NCBI GenBank assembly: GCA_009859145.1
Contig: VRVR01000002.1
Coordinates: 256,724 to 320,723, forward strand
From: Andalucia godoyi And28
Lineage: Eukaryota > Protista > Jakobida
DNA: 64,000 nt
Direction: 5' to 3'
This document shows, piece by piece, positions 52,621 to 63,999 of this stretch. How positions within the stretch are numbered: the first letter of the stretch is position 1; each line of letters opens with the position of its first letter. The position numbers and the translations under genes were made by a program. Below the pieces are notes generated by a model. It did no database searches, was not told the origin of the DNA, and worked only from the letters and a program-made list of their open reading frames with translations.

Positions 52621-53550
52621 ATGGAGTTTGTAACGCATGCTACGCCTTCGCAGCTCGTGGCGGTTGCGAGTGTGACTCCTCTTGCGTTGTATCTTGGATG
52701 GCGGATTTTGCTAAAGCCTCGCAAGGCCACTCCACAAGAGTTCTTTCGTGGAAAGCGCGTTGTGATCACTGGTGCTTCGACTGGAATTGGAGAGAGTCTT
52801 GCCATCAAGCTTTCACAGTATGGCTGCAAACTGGTTCTCGCTGCGCGATCTGCATCGCAGCTTGAGACCGTTGCTGCCGAGTGCCGAAAGAACGGTTCTG
52901 ATGCTCTGGCGGTCCCGACAGACATTACAGACCCAGCACAATGCAAAAACCTTGTGGATGCTGCTGTTCGTGCATTCCAGGGAATTGATGTTCTGATCCT
53001 CAACGCCGGTGTCTCGATGTCTGCGCTGTTTGAAAAGGTAACCGACCTGACGATTTTTGGGAAGATGATGAAGCTCAACTACGAGGCGAACGTGTACCTT
53101 ACGCACTATGCATTGCCGTACATTAAGCAATCAAAGGGGACCATTGCGCCTGTTTCGTCGCTTGCCGGCATCATGTTTCCTCCCTTCCGCTCTGGATATG
53201 TTGCATCCAAGCATGCGGTCGAAGGATTCTATGGAGTGCTGCGTAATGAGCTTGCGCGTTCGGATCCGCAAGTTAAGGTATGTGTCCTTTCTCCGGGGTT
53301 TGTAGATACAAACATTCGCAACCATGCATTTGGTGGAGACGGATCAAAGCCCACGACCGAGTATTCAAGCAAGGGGATGATGTCGGTCGACGAGTGCGTA
53401 CACATTATGGAAACTGCCATTGCGCAGGGAAAGCGACAGGAGCTGTTTGAAACCAAGGCCAAGATCGGTGTCCTGCTCAAGTACTGGGCACCCAACTTTT
53501 TCGACAAGATGACTCGTAACTCTGTGTTCAAAAAGGTTATTTCCGAATAA
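52621..53550 (+). CDS. Short-chain dehydrogenase/reductase (DHRS7-like) with an N-terminal membrane anchor
   Basis: VVITGASTGIG, DVLILNAG, VSSLAG and YVASKHA (YxxxK). Confidence 0.92.
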   Translation: MEFVTHATPSQLVAVASVTPLALYLGWRILLKPRKATPQEFFRGKRVVITGASTGIGESLAIKLSQYGCKLVLAARSASQLETVAAECRKNGSDALAVPTDITDPAQCKNLVDAAVRAFQGIDVLILNAGVSMSALFEKVTDLTIFGKMMKLNYEANVYLTHYALPYIKQSKGTIAPVSSLAGIMFPPFRSGYVASKHAVEGFYGVLRNELARSDPQVKVCVLSPGFVDTNIRNHAFGGDGSKPTTEYSSKGMMSVDECVHIMETAIAQGKRQELFETKAKIGVLLKYWAPNFFDKMTRNSVFKKVISE

Positions 53551-53713
53551 ACAATGGGTGCGTGTATATATGGAGAGTCTGCAAGAAGAAAGGGGGTGGG
53601 GGGGAAAGCAGGATTTTAAAGAAGGAAAAAAACCAGTAAAGGACATCAGCATACGCTGCGCATTGTTTTTAACTGATGTGATCACAGAGCTTGCGGGCCG
53701 CAACGGTCCTCTC

Positions 53714-54250
53714 TTAGTTGATCTTTGCCTGTGAAAAATCCATCTCAGGATGGGAAGCCATGAACTTTTTGAGCATATCTTGCTTCTGTTCGTCCTCGAC
53801 GGACGGAAGCCCCGCGGCCTTTCTTCGCTGGTTCTCCATCATCTTGAGCACAGTCTTTTGCGTTTCGCCGTCCAAATCCTGGATCTTGGAATTTTCAGGC
53901 TCGACTTTCGAAACATCAATCTCGGGTCCACCAACAATCAACCGCGGCCACCACTCCATATCCTTCACCTTTTGCAGCGTCACCTGAACGGACTTGCGGT
54001 CAACAAGTGACCAAAACGAGTCGTCCGAATGCACCGTCTTGTGAAGCTGGCCTTCAAGAATTGGTGTCGACCCCTTGAGTCCGACTTTGATGCGCGATGC
54101 CGTAATCACTACATCCAACGCCTTCGCAACCGTACCTTCAGGAACATCAACGTGCAATGTCACGTCTTGCAACGTCTGCGTCCAGCGATAGCCCTCGCAC
54201 ACATCTCCGTTCTCGACTGGAACACGCTTTTCTGCACTGCTGGTGGACAT
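53714..54250 (-). CDS. NUDC: NudC-family CS-domain co-chaperone (short form)
   Basis: GYRWTQTLQDV, PENSKIQDLDGETQKTVLKMM, KKFMASHPEMDFSQAK. Confidence 0.9.
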   Translation of the reverse strand: MSTSSAEKRVPVENGDVCEGYRWTQTLQDVTLHVDVPEGTVAKALDVVITASRIKVGLKGSTPILEGQLHKTVHSDDSFWSLVDRKSVQVTLQKVKDMEWWPRLIVGGPEIDVSKVEPENSKIQDLDGETQKTVLKMMENQRRKAAGLPSVEDEQKQDMLKKFMASHPEMDFSQAKIN

Positions 54251-54561
54251 CCCTCGGCTTGTGCTTTTGTCTACTCAGCTTTCCTTCTTGCAAAAAAGAA
54301 CACGATTAGTAACCACTCACGGACTGCAGGCACAATGTTTGGTGACACGTCAGAACGTGCGTACTGAACTCCAGTGACGAGGAACGTTCTGCTGTCGAAT
54401 CTCGTCGATCTGGATTATCTCGAGACTTCGACTTTCCTTTTGGAAAAATGGACAAAAAAAAGGAGGGAAACAGCACGACGACTGCGCAGGAAGCATGCAT
54501 TAAGGGAAGAGCTGAAGGGAGCTGGAGTTGGATAATTGCTTGATCGATCGGAACGCACGAG

Positions 54562-55396
54562 ATGGGATTGCAGTATTGGGGATCGCTTGGATACACGCTT
54601 GCAGAGATTCCGTTTCTTACAAAGTTTGATGTGCTTGATGAAGGAGTAATTCATCGGCGAGTCAGTCCGTTGCAGGTATGCGCTGCTAGTCCTCCAGACC
54701 CCATAGATGCGCTTTACGTGTTCATGCAGTACTTACGTTTCGTTTCATTTCCGGGTTCTATTTTGGGGGAGGGGCTGTGCAGGTTGACATTTATGGGCAC
54801 ATGAACAACATGTGGTGGTTCCACGCTCTGGAGTGTGCTCGATGGAGCTGGGTGTATAGATGCGTATGGAAATTATTTTCTTCTGTTCTTCTTTTTTTCT
54901 TTTTCTTTTTTTTTCTTTCTTCTTCTTCTGCTTTTTTGCATTCAAGTGGCCAAAGAGCGGCATGATTCTGATGGGTTTGGTCTTGCACAAAGCTTAGGGC
55001 CTCGCGAAACATCTGAACGAGATGAAGCTGGGGGCAGTGGTTGCTGGTATTTCGTTTCGGTTTCAAAAAGAGCTGAAGCCGCTGCAGGCATACTCTGTCA
55101 CATGCAAACTGATTTCGTTTGACAAGGACTGGTGGTACCTTCAGCAGACCGTCCGTTCAGGCGACAAGATATGCGGTTCTGGAATTGTGCGTTTTGCAGT
55201 CGTTGGAAAGAATGGCCGCGTCCCTTTGGATGTGTTCTTGAAGAAACTTGGATACGCGGATGAGAGACTTGAGCGGGTCCGACAGGAGTGCAGTCCGCTG
55301 ACCATCGATGTCGTCCGTTCTTTCGCCGCCCATGACGCCGATCTTCGGCCAACGCCCTTGTTGCCAAAAGGAGGAAAAACGCAAAGCAAACTGTGA
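54562..55396 (+). CDS. Hotdog-fold thioesterase (THEM6/4HBT-like), 3 exons, ~197 aa
   Basis: Exons 54562-54675, 54783-54863 and 54998-55396 (introns GTATGC...CAG and GTATGG...TAG, both phase 0). Motifs VDIYGHMNN, ECARW and ISFRFQKELKPLQ. Confidence 0.8.
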
Positions 55397-55753
55397 AACT
55401 ATTGTACGAAGTACACGATCCTCGAGAAAAAGTTGCAAAAAGCGTGGAATAGATAGAAAAATAGTATGTACTATGCTTTTCCCTGGAAGGAAAATCACCA
55501 TGAACACATCAAAAACACACAAAACACACAAACAAATAAAAACAAAAGTCTGCACATGTCTCTTCGGAAAACGAAAAACTGCCAACGAAGTTTTTTTTTT
55601 TTAAAAGAGAGAGAGAGAGCAACAGCAGTAGCAATGTGCGTGTCCAACGATTCAATAGGCACCAACCGAAAAAGTCACTCACGGCTACGCTTCTTCCAGT
55701 AATAAGTCGCCGTTCACGCAAGTCGTTGTGTCGCCAGAAGAAGGGCCGGTCCG

Positions 55754-58700
55754 TCAAGTTCTCGCAGATCCGCCGGCAGATGGTGGTCTACCGACATCAA
55801 TATTCTGTCGGGGCTGGCCAGGAGAAGACACGGATGCTCGAGCGTTTGCAGAAGCAGGCCGGGCCCCAGGAGTTGTGGGCGGCGCTCGCGAGTTCTCTCT
55901 TGCCGACAATGGGAACAATGCATTGCCACGTTCCTGCGAGAATGCAAAGCCCATATGGGCACCACGAGCCTTGTTATGGAGATAAGTCGTGCCATGAACC
56001 GCGTGAACTGCCGCTCGGAAACGATTGCGAGCAGCCATCTGTCCATCCAATCCCTTGGTCTCTGGGCCTCCAGCTGCCTGAGACGCAGCAGAATCGCGAA
56101 CCACGACTCCATCTTGCATCTTGACAATAGACTCGTCGGCCTTGATCGTTCCGGCAAGATACAGCCGTCGAAGAATATATGCGATGTCTGGCATGGCAGA
56201 CCAGTGCAAGCTGAGATACTTCAGGACAAATGATGGAATCATACAAACAACGCAAGTCAGCAGGACAGTCAACCAGAACACCGCTGTGCCCGCGATTTCA
56301 AAGATCAAATGGAACTGTTGAACAGCATTCAACGATTCCAGGAATGAGACGGGGAATGCATTATACATGAGGTCAAATGCCCACCAAGACAAGATTGTCA
56401 GAACAATAATCAGGCTGTTCCACCGCGTAATAAAACTGCTGGTCATCAACAATCGAAGATTCACCGTCATGCAGAGAATTGTGTAGACAATTGTGCCAAT
56501 GCCCCAGATGAAACCGGTGTCCAAACCATTGGCCTGTGTGGATGCTCCGTTATTGGCAAGGCCGTAGATTGCAGCAGGGATAAAGAAGATGCAAGCAGAA
56601 TGGTAGAACCCTTCCAACAACCAAATGAAGAAGTTCTTGAACGAAAACGCATCTCCACGCTGCGAGGTATAGTAAAGTTCAGGATTCGCCATGGAAATGC
56701 TTGCCGGAACATCCTGGTCAAGAACGGCGAGGAACATAATCGGAAGGGAAGTGAAAATGACGTTGTAGAACGTGATGTGCCAAGAATCCAGCAACGTATT
56801 CGCACTGAACAATGAAAAGCATTGGAACCAAAACTGAACCAACGCAAACGCCATGTTCTTGTAAAAGGAATAGCAGACAAGCTTGGCAATACGAACGAAA
56901 TTCCACCGGCCGTGAACGACAAGAAGGCGTTGCAAAAATCGAAACTGCGCAATGGCATAGTCCGACGACATGACTGCCTGCATGCCCTCTTGACCGGAAA
57001 TGCCGACACCGACATGCGCGGCCTGGATCATTGGAACATCATTCGCTCCGTCTCCAATGGCTAACGTCACAGTGCCCTTGACATTGTCCTTCACGAGTTG
57101 AACGACCAGCGACTTCTGCAGCGGCGACACACGGCAGCAGATAACCGATTTGCAATAAGCGGAAACTTTGAGGAATAAATCCCGGGCCACTTTCACGTCG
57201 GGATCCAATTCCTTGTTTGCAGCGGCATCAACACGCTTGGCACTAGAAGAAGTTCCAATGGTGAACGCCAGAGAATGTCCGTCAATGACAAGACCTCGCT
57301 CCCTCGCACCTTGTCCGCTCTCAATTGTTGCCAAATAGCGTTGAAGGCATGCTGTGACAGCCGCAACAGACGGCTCGTTCACAATCAACACGTCCATTTC
57401 AGTGTTCAGCAATGCACACGCAAATCCGATATTGATCGCAGTCTCCTGCTTGTCACCGGTCAACACCCAGATTTTGATTCCAGCACGTGCAAGATTTGCA
57501 ATGCAATCCGGAACTCCGGCTTGCAGCTTGTCCTCAATGGCCGTAGACCCCAGAAGATGCAAGTTCCTTTCAATCTTTTCACCACACGCATTGATTTTGT
57601 CTTCACGGCCATCCAAGGACACGGAAGCACGATAGTACTCCTCCGCCCACAACGTGTAAGCGGACTCTTCAATTTCGGTAACCGCAAGACACAACGTACG
57701 GAGACCCTCATCTGCAAACTGTTCCAAGTCGCGCTGACTTTCCGTTCGGAAGGCGGACTGTGAATGCAGGCGCTCATAAATTACAGTATCAGCGCCTTTG
57801 CAATAAAGACGAATCTTCCCATCAGGACATCGGCAGAGGACTGACATGCGCTTTCGAGTCGAGTCGAACTCCAAAACTTGCAAGATCTTAAACTCGAGGT
57901 CCATGAAGCCCTCACGCGTTCGCATGGACGGGTTATCGAAATAGTAGTCCCGAGGGTTGACCCGAACGAAGACGGAGTGCGGCGTTCTGGTGTGGAAATA
58001 GAATCCGAGGTTCTTTGCAGCGGCCACTAAAGCAGCTTCGTCCGGCGACGCAGCTTGGTAGATCATCTTCTCGGGAGTCTTCGGGTCCCCCTCGGGAATG
58101 ACAGTGTGGCAAACAGCAAGAAGAGTTAGAAACTCGCGGAAAACACCGGCATTCGGCTGCGTGCACCATGCCCCGGAAGTAACTCGAGGATCATAAAAAT
58201 TGAACCCTTTCTCAAAGCGCATGCCTGGAGGACGCTTATCCTCAGGAAGAGGTTTTCCAAGCCTGCGGGCAGCGGCCCGGCCAACTTCGGTTGATCCGGT
58301 ACCAAATGCTGTCCCAGCAATAGAACACTTCAAAAACTCCATAACGTTGCACGTGAGAGTGCCTGTCTTGTCTGAAAAGATGTAATCGATCTGACCCAGC
58401 TCCTCTCCGAGATTCGACGTTCTCGCACGAGCGGGAGTATCGCTGTCCTCATGATACATTGCAGAATCAAGGTTGATCAAGAGCGCATGAAAAACTTTGA
58501 CCAGCTCCAAAGACACGTACAGTGAGATGGGAATCATGATGTTGTACAAAACCAAGAAAGAAAGGACCGAGAATGCAGCTCCGCCCGCAACGGACATACC
58601 ACCCGTCAAGTAGAACATCTTGGGAACAACGAAATCTGCAAACATTCCATTTGCAAAGGCGCACATGATACAGAAGAACGTAAGTATGCCAAAAAGAATG

Positions 58701-59596
58701 AAGATCATCCTGTTCATTTTCCTCTCTACTTGGGAGCGTTTTGACGGGGGGTCGTTGGAGTTCTGCATCAGCTTCGTATCATGTCCAGTAAAAATGGCTA
58801 GACCACAAATCCAGTCCGTATTTCGAAGAGTGCAGCCTCGAAGAAGGATATTTCGAACAGAAACAGAAAACGGCTGGTCAAAACCTTCAATCACAATCTT
58901 TCCATCAAACGTATATAACGAATTGTTCGGTTTTTCACAGATCACAGAAGAGCGAAGCTGTGCGAATTCGGCAGGCGTCCGCAGTTTGCACGTAGCATCC
59001 AACGCATCCTTGACTTTCAAATTTGTCTCGCCGTCTAGATTCATAGTCTCGATGTAGCAGATGTGAGACACATCTGACGATGCGAAGAACATGATGTCAG
59101 CAGGAAACTGCTGACCTTTTCTTACCATGACTATGTCTCCAACGGCGAGGTCCTTCCATTCAATCGTTTCCAGCTCAGACCCGCGAAGCACCTGAACAGA
59201 TCGCGCATTCACTTGAGCATCCATCTGTGCTCGACGGTAATCCTCAACCGCTTCCTTGACCGCAGTGACGGAGAGCACAAAAATCAGCGGCAAAACGGAC
59301 GACCACCATGAAATAGGAGAAACACCAGGAATAAACTGGAGGATGGCAATCACCAAGAAGTACAAGTTCGCAGCACGAGAAAACTGTTCGAACAAGTTCT
59401 TCGGCAAAAACGTGAGAAGCGTGTACTTCGTTGTCCGAATTTCATTTCCAGCAAATTTCTGCGAAGTGTTGTATTCCATGTCATTTGCCTTCAGCTGACG
59501 GAAATTCGCAAGATCTTCAGCATGGGGAGCGGCGGGGACGGCTTGTGAATTCTTGTTCAGATTCTGCATCTCCACATCCTTCTTTTTCTGCGACAT
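55754..59596 (-). CDS. P4-type ATPase phospholipid flippase (Drs2/ATP8-like)
   Basis: NLDGETNLK, IFSDKTGTLT (phosphorylated Asp), SPDEAALV, GDKQETAINIG and GDGANDVPMIQ. Confidence 0.97.
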   Translation of the reverse strand: MSQKKKDVEMQNLNKNSQAVPAAPHAEDLANFRQLKANDMEYNTSQKFAGNEIRTTKYTLLTFLPKNLFEQFSRAANLYFLVIAILQFIPGVSPISWWSSVLPLIFVLSVTAVKEAVEDYRRAQMDAQVNARSVQVLRGSELETIEWKDLAVGDIVMVRKGQQFPADIMFFASSDVSHICYIETMNLDGETNLKVKDALDATCKLRTPAEFAQLRSSVICEKPNNSLYTFDGKIVIEGFDQPFSVSVRNILLRGCTLRNTDWICGLAIFTGHDTKLMQNSNDPPSKRSQVERKMNRMIFILFGILTFFCIMCAFANGMFADFVVPKMFYLTGGMSVAGGAAFSVLSFLVLYNIMIPISLYVSLELVKVFHALLINLDSAMYHEDSDTPARARTSNLGEELGQIDYIFSDKTGTLTCNVMEFLKCSIAGTAFGTGSTEVGRAAARRLGKPLPEDKRPPGMRFEKGFNFYDPRVTSGAWCTQPNAGVFREFLTLLAVCHTVIPEGDPKTPEKMIYQAASPDEAALVAAAKNLGFYFHTRTPHSVFVRVNPRDYYFDNPSMRTREGFMDLEFKILQVLEFDSTRKRMSVLCRCPDGKIRLYCKGADTVIYERLHSQSAFRTESQRDLEQFADEGLRTLCLAVTEIEESAYTLWAEEYYRASVSLDGREDKINACGEKIERNLHLLGSTAIEDKLQAGVPDCIANLARAGIKIWVLTGDKQETAINIGFACALLNTEMDVLIVNEPSVAAVTACLQRYLATIESGQGARERGLVIDGHSLAFTIGTSSSAKRVDAAANKELDPDVKVARDLFLKVSAYCKSVICCRVSPLQKSLVVQLVKDNVKGTVTLAIGDGANDVPMIQAAHVGVGISGQEGMQAVMSSDYAIAQFRFLQRLLVVHGRWNFVRIAKLVCYSFYKNMAFALVQFWFQCFSLFSANTLLDSWHITFYNVIFTSLPIMFLAVLDQDVPASISMANPELYYTSQRGDAFSFKNFFIWLLEGFYHSACIFFIPAAIYGLANNGASTQANGLDTGFIWGIGTIVYTILCMTVNLRLLMTSSFITRWNSLIIVLTILSWWAFDLMYNAFPVSFLESLNAVQQFHLIFEIAGTAVFWLTVLLTCVVCMIPSFVLKYLSLHWSAMPDIAYILRRLYLAGTIKADESIVKMQDGVVVRDSAASQAAGGPETKGLDGQMAARNRFRAAVHAVHGTTYLHNKARGAHMGFAFSQERGNALFPLSARENSRAPPTTPGARPASANARASVSSPGQPRQNIDVGRPPSAGGSART

Positions 59597-60886
59597 TCCG
59601 CCTCGGAAGAGAATTCTTTATTCCTCGACGGAGTTGGAGAAGACAAAAAAAAAGACAAAACCAGGATGCCAACGAGAAAAAAACAGCAGAGAGACGCGGT
59701 TTCACAATGAACTTTATATATCACTCACGCTCACACGCACTCACTTACGCACAATCAAAATTTGCAGAAAACGGGAACCCCAAACTCCAACGAAAGCACC
59801 CCTCCTTTTTGAGAAGGACGGGCAAAAAGCCTGCGGCAGGCAAAGCAACTGACATGACCAAAAGAAAAATCCGTGATTCGGGAGAATCGGAGATTTGGCA
59901 GGACTGACAAGTCTCTCAAGTCACAAAACCAAATGAGTGTCAGTGCTTGTCAGTGTGTTTGTGCGTGTGCTTTGCCTGTGACAACATGAATCATGACTGA
60001 TCATCATCCGCGAAGCTGTCACCGAAGACAGATCCAAGCTACATGTTGTTTTCTTTTTTATTTCGGGGCCGAGCACCCACTCTTCAATGCAGATTGCTTT
60101 ACATTAAAGGGTCATCGCAACCAACACATTCCCCAATCGATTCAACATTCAATAAATGAACGTTGGAGGAAACAGAATGTGTGGTCGGCGGCGCTGCACA
60201 TCGCATGCGCAATTCTCACGTGCGCATCGTGTTGCTGATTTTCAATGCGGTGTGACACATCGCGTCTGACGACGTGTTTGTCTTTGCTTCTTCTTGTTCT
60301 TTCACTTGAAAGCGCATTCCGAGCGCAATCGATCACATCTTCGCGATTTGACGACCATCCGCTTGCTCTCGACCTCCGACGAGAGGGGAATCAGCTGGTT
60401 TCTTGGTTCTCGGTGTCTTCGGGTTGAGTTTGTCGGGAAGATCCCTCCCTCTCTGGAGCCATGAGATGTTTTGTCTTTGATGAAAGGTGCTGCTTGAGGG
60501 TTCGATAGAAGAAAAGCAAACAGCAGGTAATAGAAAGGGGAAAAAGGGGGAAAAGGATGAAGAAAATTCTAGAGTTGACTACGGTAAGAACATCGCGTCC
60601 CCCACCTCCAAACCACAACCAGACCAGATAAAACAAACTCTCGGATTTGATGTTCATACCACAAAAAAAAAACGGTCAGTCGTTTCAAGATCATCCGGCA
60701 AATGACAACTCTGACAAATTTGGTATTCATTTTTTTATATTAAATGGTACTCCGTTTTTGTTTTTTTTTGGTTTTTTTTGCTGGTTTTTTGTTTTGTTTT
60801 GGTGGAACAAAAGGAACCGGCCTGTCTGCACGAACATTTTCGACACTGCAGACCAGTTGACAATTGTGGATCCAACCAAAGCAGCC

Positions 60887-62614
60887 ATGGATAATCTGAA
60901 AGATCTGGTCATTAAGACTCTTGAATCGAAGGGAGTCCTTGGGAGGCTCAAGGCGGAGCTGCGATCCAGCGTGTATAACGCCATCCAGGCAGAAGCCGAC
61001 ACCGAAAACATCAAGATTGCGCCATCGGAGCGCGCACATGCTCTCCACAGCGATGCAGACGCTTTATTTGCAGCTCAAATGATTTCCGAGTTCCTGGAGT
61101 TTTTCGGGCTTCAGTTTTCCAAGAGCGTATTCCTTCCAGAGGTTTCGATCAAAACGGAAAATACTCTCTCGGCAGATGACTGTCGAAAGCAGCTCGGTCT
61201 CGATCTGGCTTCTCCCAGCACACAAACCGAGCCTGTCCTGCTGTCGCTCATGCATGCATACAGAAATCTTAAACAGTATCGGTATGCTGCGAACGAGGAT
61301 GAAGAATTTCAAATGTCGGACGATGAGGAGGGAAAGGGGAAGTCGAAGAGCAGCTCGGCAATCAGCACTGGTATTTCTGCCGCTCCTTCGGCTGCTGCGG
61401 TTCTTGCTGCAGCTGGAGTCACTTCCTCATCCGAAAACAAGACAAAGCCCTCTGTGGTCGGCCGCAGAGGTCATCACCAACGGTCTATCTCCGATGCAGA
61501 CGTGGTGCTAGATGATGTCCAGGTCGAGGACGATACACCGGCTGGCAAGCCGAATGTCGTTTCTGGCAATATCTCTTCGTCTTCCTCTACATCCCCATCT
61601 TCTTCGGCCCCAAAGCCCCACCACACGGTTTCGTTTGCGGTACCTTCGACCCGTTCTTCTACGTACGCAGTCAATGTGGACGACGACGGTGATGATGATG
61701 ATGATGATGCCGAAACTGATGAAGAAGACGAAGTTGACGAGGTGCTGTCTTCGCCGTCTCCTGCAGTGCAGAATAGCGGTAACAACAACAACAATAACAA
61801 CAACAACAACCATCTTGCCAGTGGTGTCAGCAACTCGAACAACGGCACAAACACAAACAACAATGCTGCTGTTGGTGGATCTTCACTGCTGTCTGGCGGT
61901 CTTTCCCACTTGCCTCCTTCCGGCAGTTCAAGCAGACCTGCTTCTTCTTCTTCTTCTTCTTCTTCTTCTTCCGGTACCGTATCTGAATTGCCTCCCATTC
62001 GCGCAGGACTTAGTAAGTTGCCGCCATTGGGTGCTACCTTGCCGCCGCTGTCTGGTGCATCGTCAACTCTTGCTCCAGTCGGCACCTCTGGCCCTGCATC
62101 CTTTACTTCCTCGTCCTCCGTTTCCTCGACTCATGGCACGTCGACAGACGATGATGAACACGGCCTGTCGGATACAGTGCGAAGACAGCCCCCTGTCTCG
62201 AGGGCTACAGAGCCTGTAGTGGTGCCGGAGACCTTGAATGCGTCTTCTAAATCAGCAGATGACGATGCACACAGATTGGCGGAAATTGACCGGAAACTCC
62301 TCCGTCTTGGAGCCTCTACTGGTGACAACGAGTACTCGGACAATGAGTTTGAGGATATCTCCGAAGAAATCCCCTCAGATGCAGAAGTTGTTGATGACGA
62401 TGATGTTCCGGTAATTCGTCAGTCTCGGAGAACGAACGGGAGCGAGGAGAGCGTTGATCAGTCTCGAAGTGTGTTGGGATCTTTCACCGATCGGTCCGTT
62501 GATGGCTCTGAATTGCAGCATCTTGACCATCTTGAGGATGTAGAGCGCAGCGCCAGCGTCGAATCGGAGTCTTACAGAAAAGAGGATCCGGAAGATGACG
62601 ATGATTATTTCTAA
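60887..62614 (+). CDS. CEP43: FOP/CEP43-like centrosomal protein (N-terminal LisH-like FOP dimerisation domain, long disordered tail)
   Basis: LKDLVIKTLESKGVLGRLKAELRSSVY...ISEFLEFFGLQFSKSVFLPE. CEP20/FOR20 has the same domain but is much shorter. Confidence 0.8.
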   Translation: MDNLKDLVIKTLESKGVLGRLKAELRSSVYNAIQAEADTENIKIAPSERAHALHSDADALFAAQMISEFLEFFGLQFSKSVFLPEVSIKTENTLSADDCRKQLGLDLASPSTQTEPVLLSLMHAYRNLKQYRYAANEDEEFQMSDDEEGKGKSKSSSAISTGISAAPSAAAVLAAAGVTSSSENKTKPSVVGRRGHHQRSISDADVVLDDVQVEDDTPAGKPNVVSGNISSSSSTSPSSSAPKPHHTVSFAVPSTRSSTYAVNVDDDGDDDDDDAETDEEDEVDEVLSSPSPAVQNSGNNNNNNNNNNHLASGVSNSNNGTNTNNNAAVGGSSLLSGGLSHLPPSGSSSRPASSSSSSSSSSGTVSELPPIRAGLSKLPPLGATLPPLSGASSTLAPVGTSGPASFTSSSSVSSTHGTSTDDDEHGLSDTVRRQPPVSRATEPVVVPETLNASSKSADDDAHRLAEIDRKLLRLGASTGDNEYSDNEFEDISEEIPSDAEVVDDDDVPVIRQSRRTNGSEESVDQSRSVLGSFTDRSVDGSELQHLDHLEDVERSASVESESYRKEDPEDDDDYF

Positions 62615-62656
62615 CAGAGGCGAGTCTTCCATTGCGAATATGTCTCTCGTTTACTG

Positions 62657-63038
62657 CCGTTGCCACTTTATTGCGATATGATGAAGCAATCTAAAAAGCA
62701 CACGTAAACAAGCACACTGCCACGCGCCCACGCGCGTGCGTTGGTTTTCTTCACAGCTCCGTCCACACGATGCCCGATTCGTTTCGCCCCATTTTGACCA
62801 TGAAATCCCTATACATATGCCGCCGCGTTGCATTCTCGCACAGCGACGTTCATTCCATTTCTTTATTTTTATTCTTATTGTCCATGCAACGTAACATCTA
62901 TCTTAAGAACGTCTCTCATGCCGAGGGGCGTGTTGCGGCCCACCCTCTTCCCAATCATGCTATGCATGTTGTTGGGTCGCAGCATTGATTATGGGTGATC
63001 AGCGATGATTCTCCCGTGGTTAGTGTTCAGTGTAGGCG
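62657..63038. repeat. Unclassified dispersed non-coding repeat, copy B (extra ~127 nt at 62835-62961)
   Basis: Collinear with 34594-34834. Confidence 0.9.
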
Positions 63039-63306
63039 TTCTGCAGCGCAAGTGACTGCTTGTTGAGTCACTCCCTCTTCACTCTCCACTATTTACTCAA
63101 AATCCTTATGAATGAAGACAAAAAGGCAACTCCAATGGGCAGTCCATTCTTTTCGCACTGTTTTACTTTTCATAACTTTTTCTTTCACTTCTCTTCTTTT
63201 TTCCAGATGAATGAAATTGATGGTTCATAAAATGAATTCTATTGGAGGAAGGGGAGGATTCGAAAGTGTGAACACGAGAAGAACAACAGGAGGAGGAAGA
63301 GGACTG

Positions 63307-63999
63307 TTAAAATCCTCCTCGCATAAACTCCCTCCGAATCGCTTCCACAGCATCAACATCCGCTTCGTGCTGGGCCTCCAGCTTCTCCAAATCCGACATA
63401 AAATCCAAATTGTTGCCGTTCCTGGAATACGCTGACGGTTCCTCATATTCACGTCTCTTTGCCTTGGGCTTTGGAACATTCCTTGCAAACTCAAGAGCTC
63501 GTTCTCGTGCATTCTTCTCATGCTGCGGTGGCTCAGGTGCTCTCCTCTTGGCCTCGGCTGGAGATGGCGCAGACGCAACATTGTACGCGTGTACTCCTCT
63601 CGCATACTCTCGCATTCGCTGTACTTGTTCTTGTTTCTTCTGCAGCTCTTCATTCTGCAAATCTGGCCCAAGGCTACCGAGCTTGATTGGAACGTTGATG
63701 TTCCGGAACGACTCTGCCGTATAGGGCTTGTACATCACGTTGCGTGGAGGCTTCCTTGAAAATGCAAGACGCTCTTCCTCGCTCAAATTTTCTACATCTC
63801 GCTCTTTTGGAGACTCTGTCTCTGACTGCTGACGTCTTGTGGACACAGATCTTGCAGAGCCGGCGTCTGCAGATCTTCCTCGAGGCGGTACAGAAGAATG
63901 GCGTCTGGAAGACTGCTCGGTCTGCGGCTTGCCATTCGAACTGCTGGGAGTCGCCCTCTGGGTTGCATATTGCGTCGCATACGAAGATACTATCTGATC
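63307..63999 (-). CDS. JHY: JHY-like ciliary protein, C-terminal part (5' end lies beyond the window)
   Basis: YKPYTAESF..IKLGSLGPDL..MREYARGV..RERALEFARNVPKPK..LEAQHE..V..IR. The frame is open up to the window edge. Confidence 0.75.
   Translation of the reverse strand, partial: DQIVSSYATQYATQRATPSSSNGKPQTEQSSRRHSSVPPRGRSADAGSARSVSTRRQQSETESPKERDVENLSEEERLAFSRKPPRNVMYKPYTAESFRNINVPIKLGSLGPDLQNEELQKKQEQVQRMREYARGVHAYNVASAPSPAEAKRRAPEPPQHEKNARERALEFARNVPKPKAKRREYEEPSAYSRNGNNLDFMSDLEKLEAQHEADVDAVEAIRREFMRGGF

Noticed and set aside
60245-60427. 60-aa ORF with a signal-peptide-like hydrophobic stretch ending in TGA
   Set aside because: It is short with no recognisable domain; read-through gives nothing selenoprotein-like and I saw no SECIS. 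A real micropeptide cannot be excluded.
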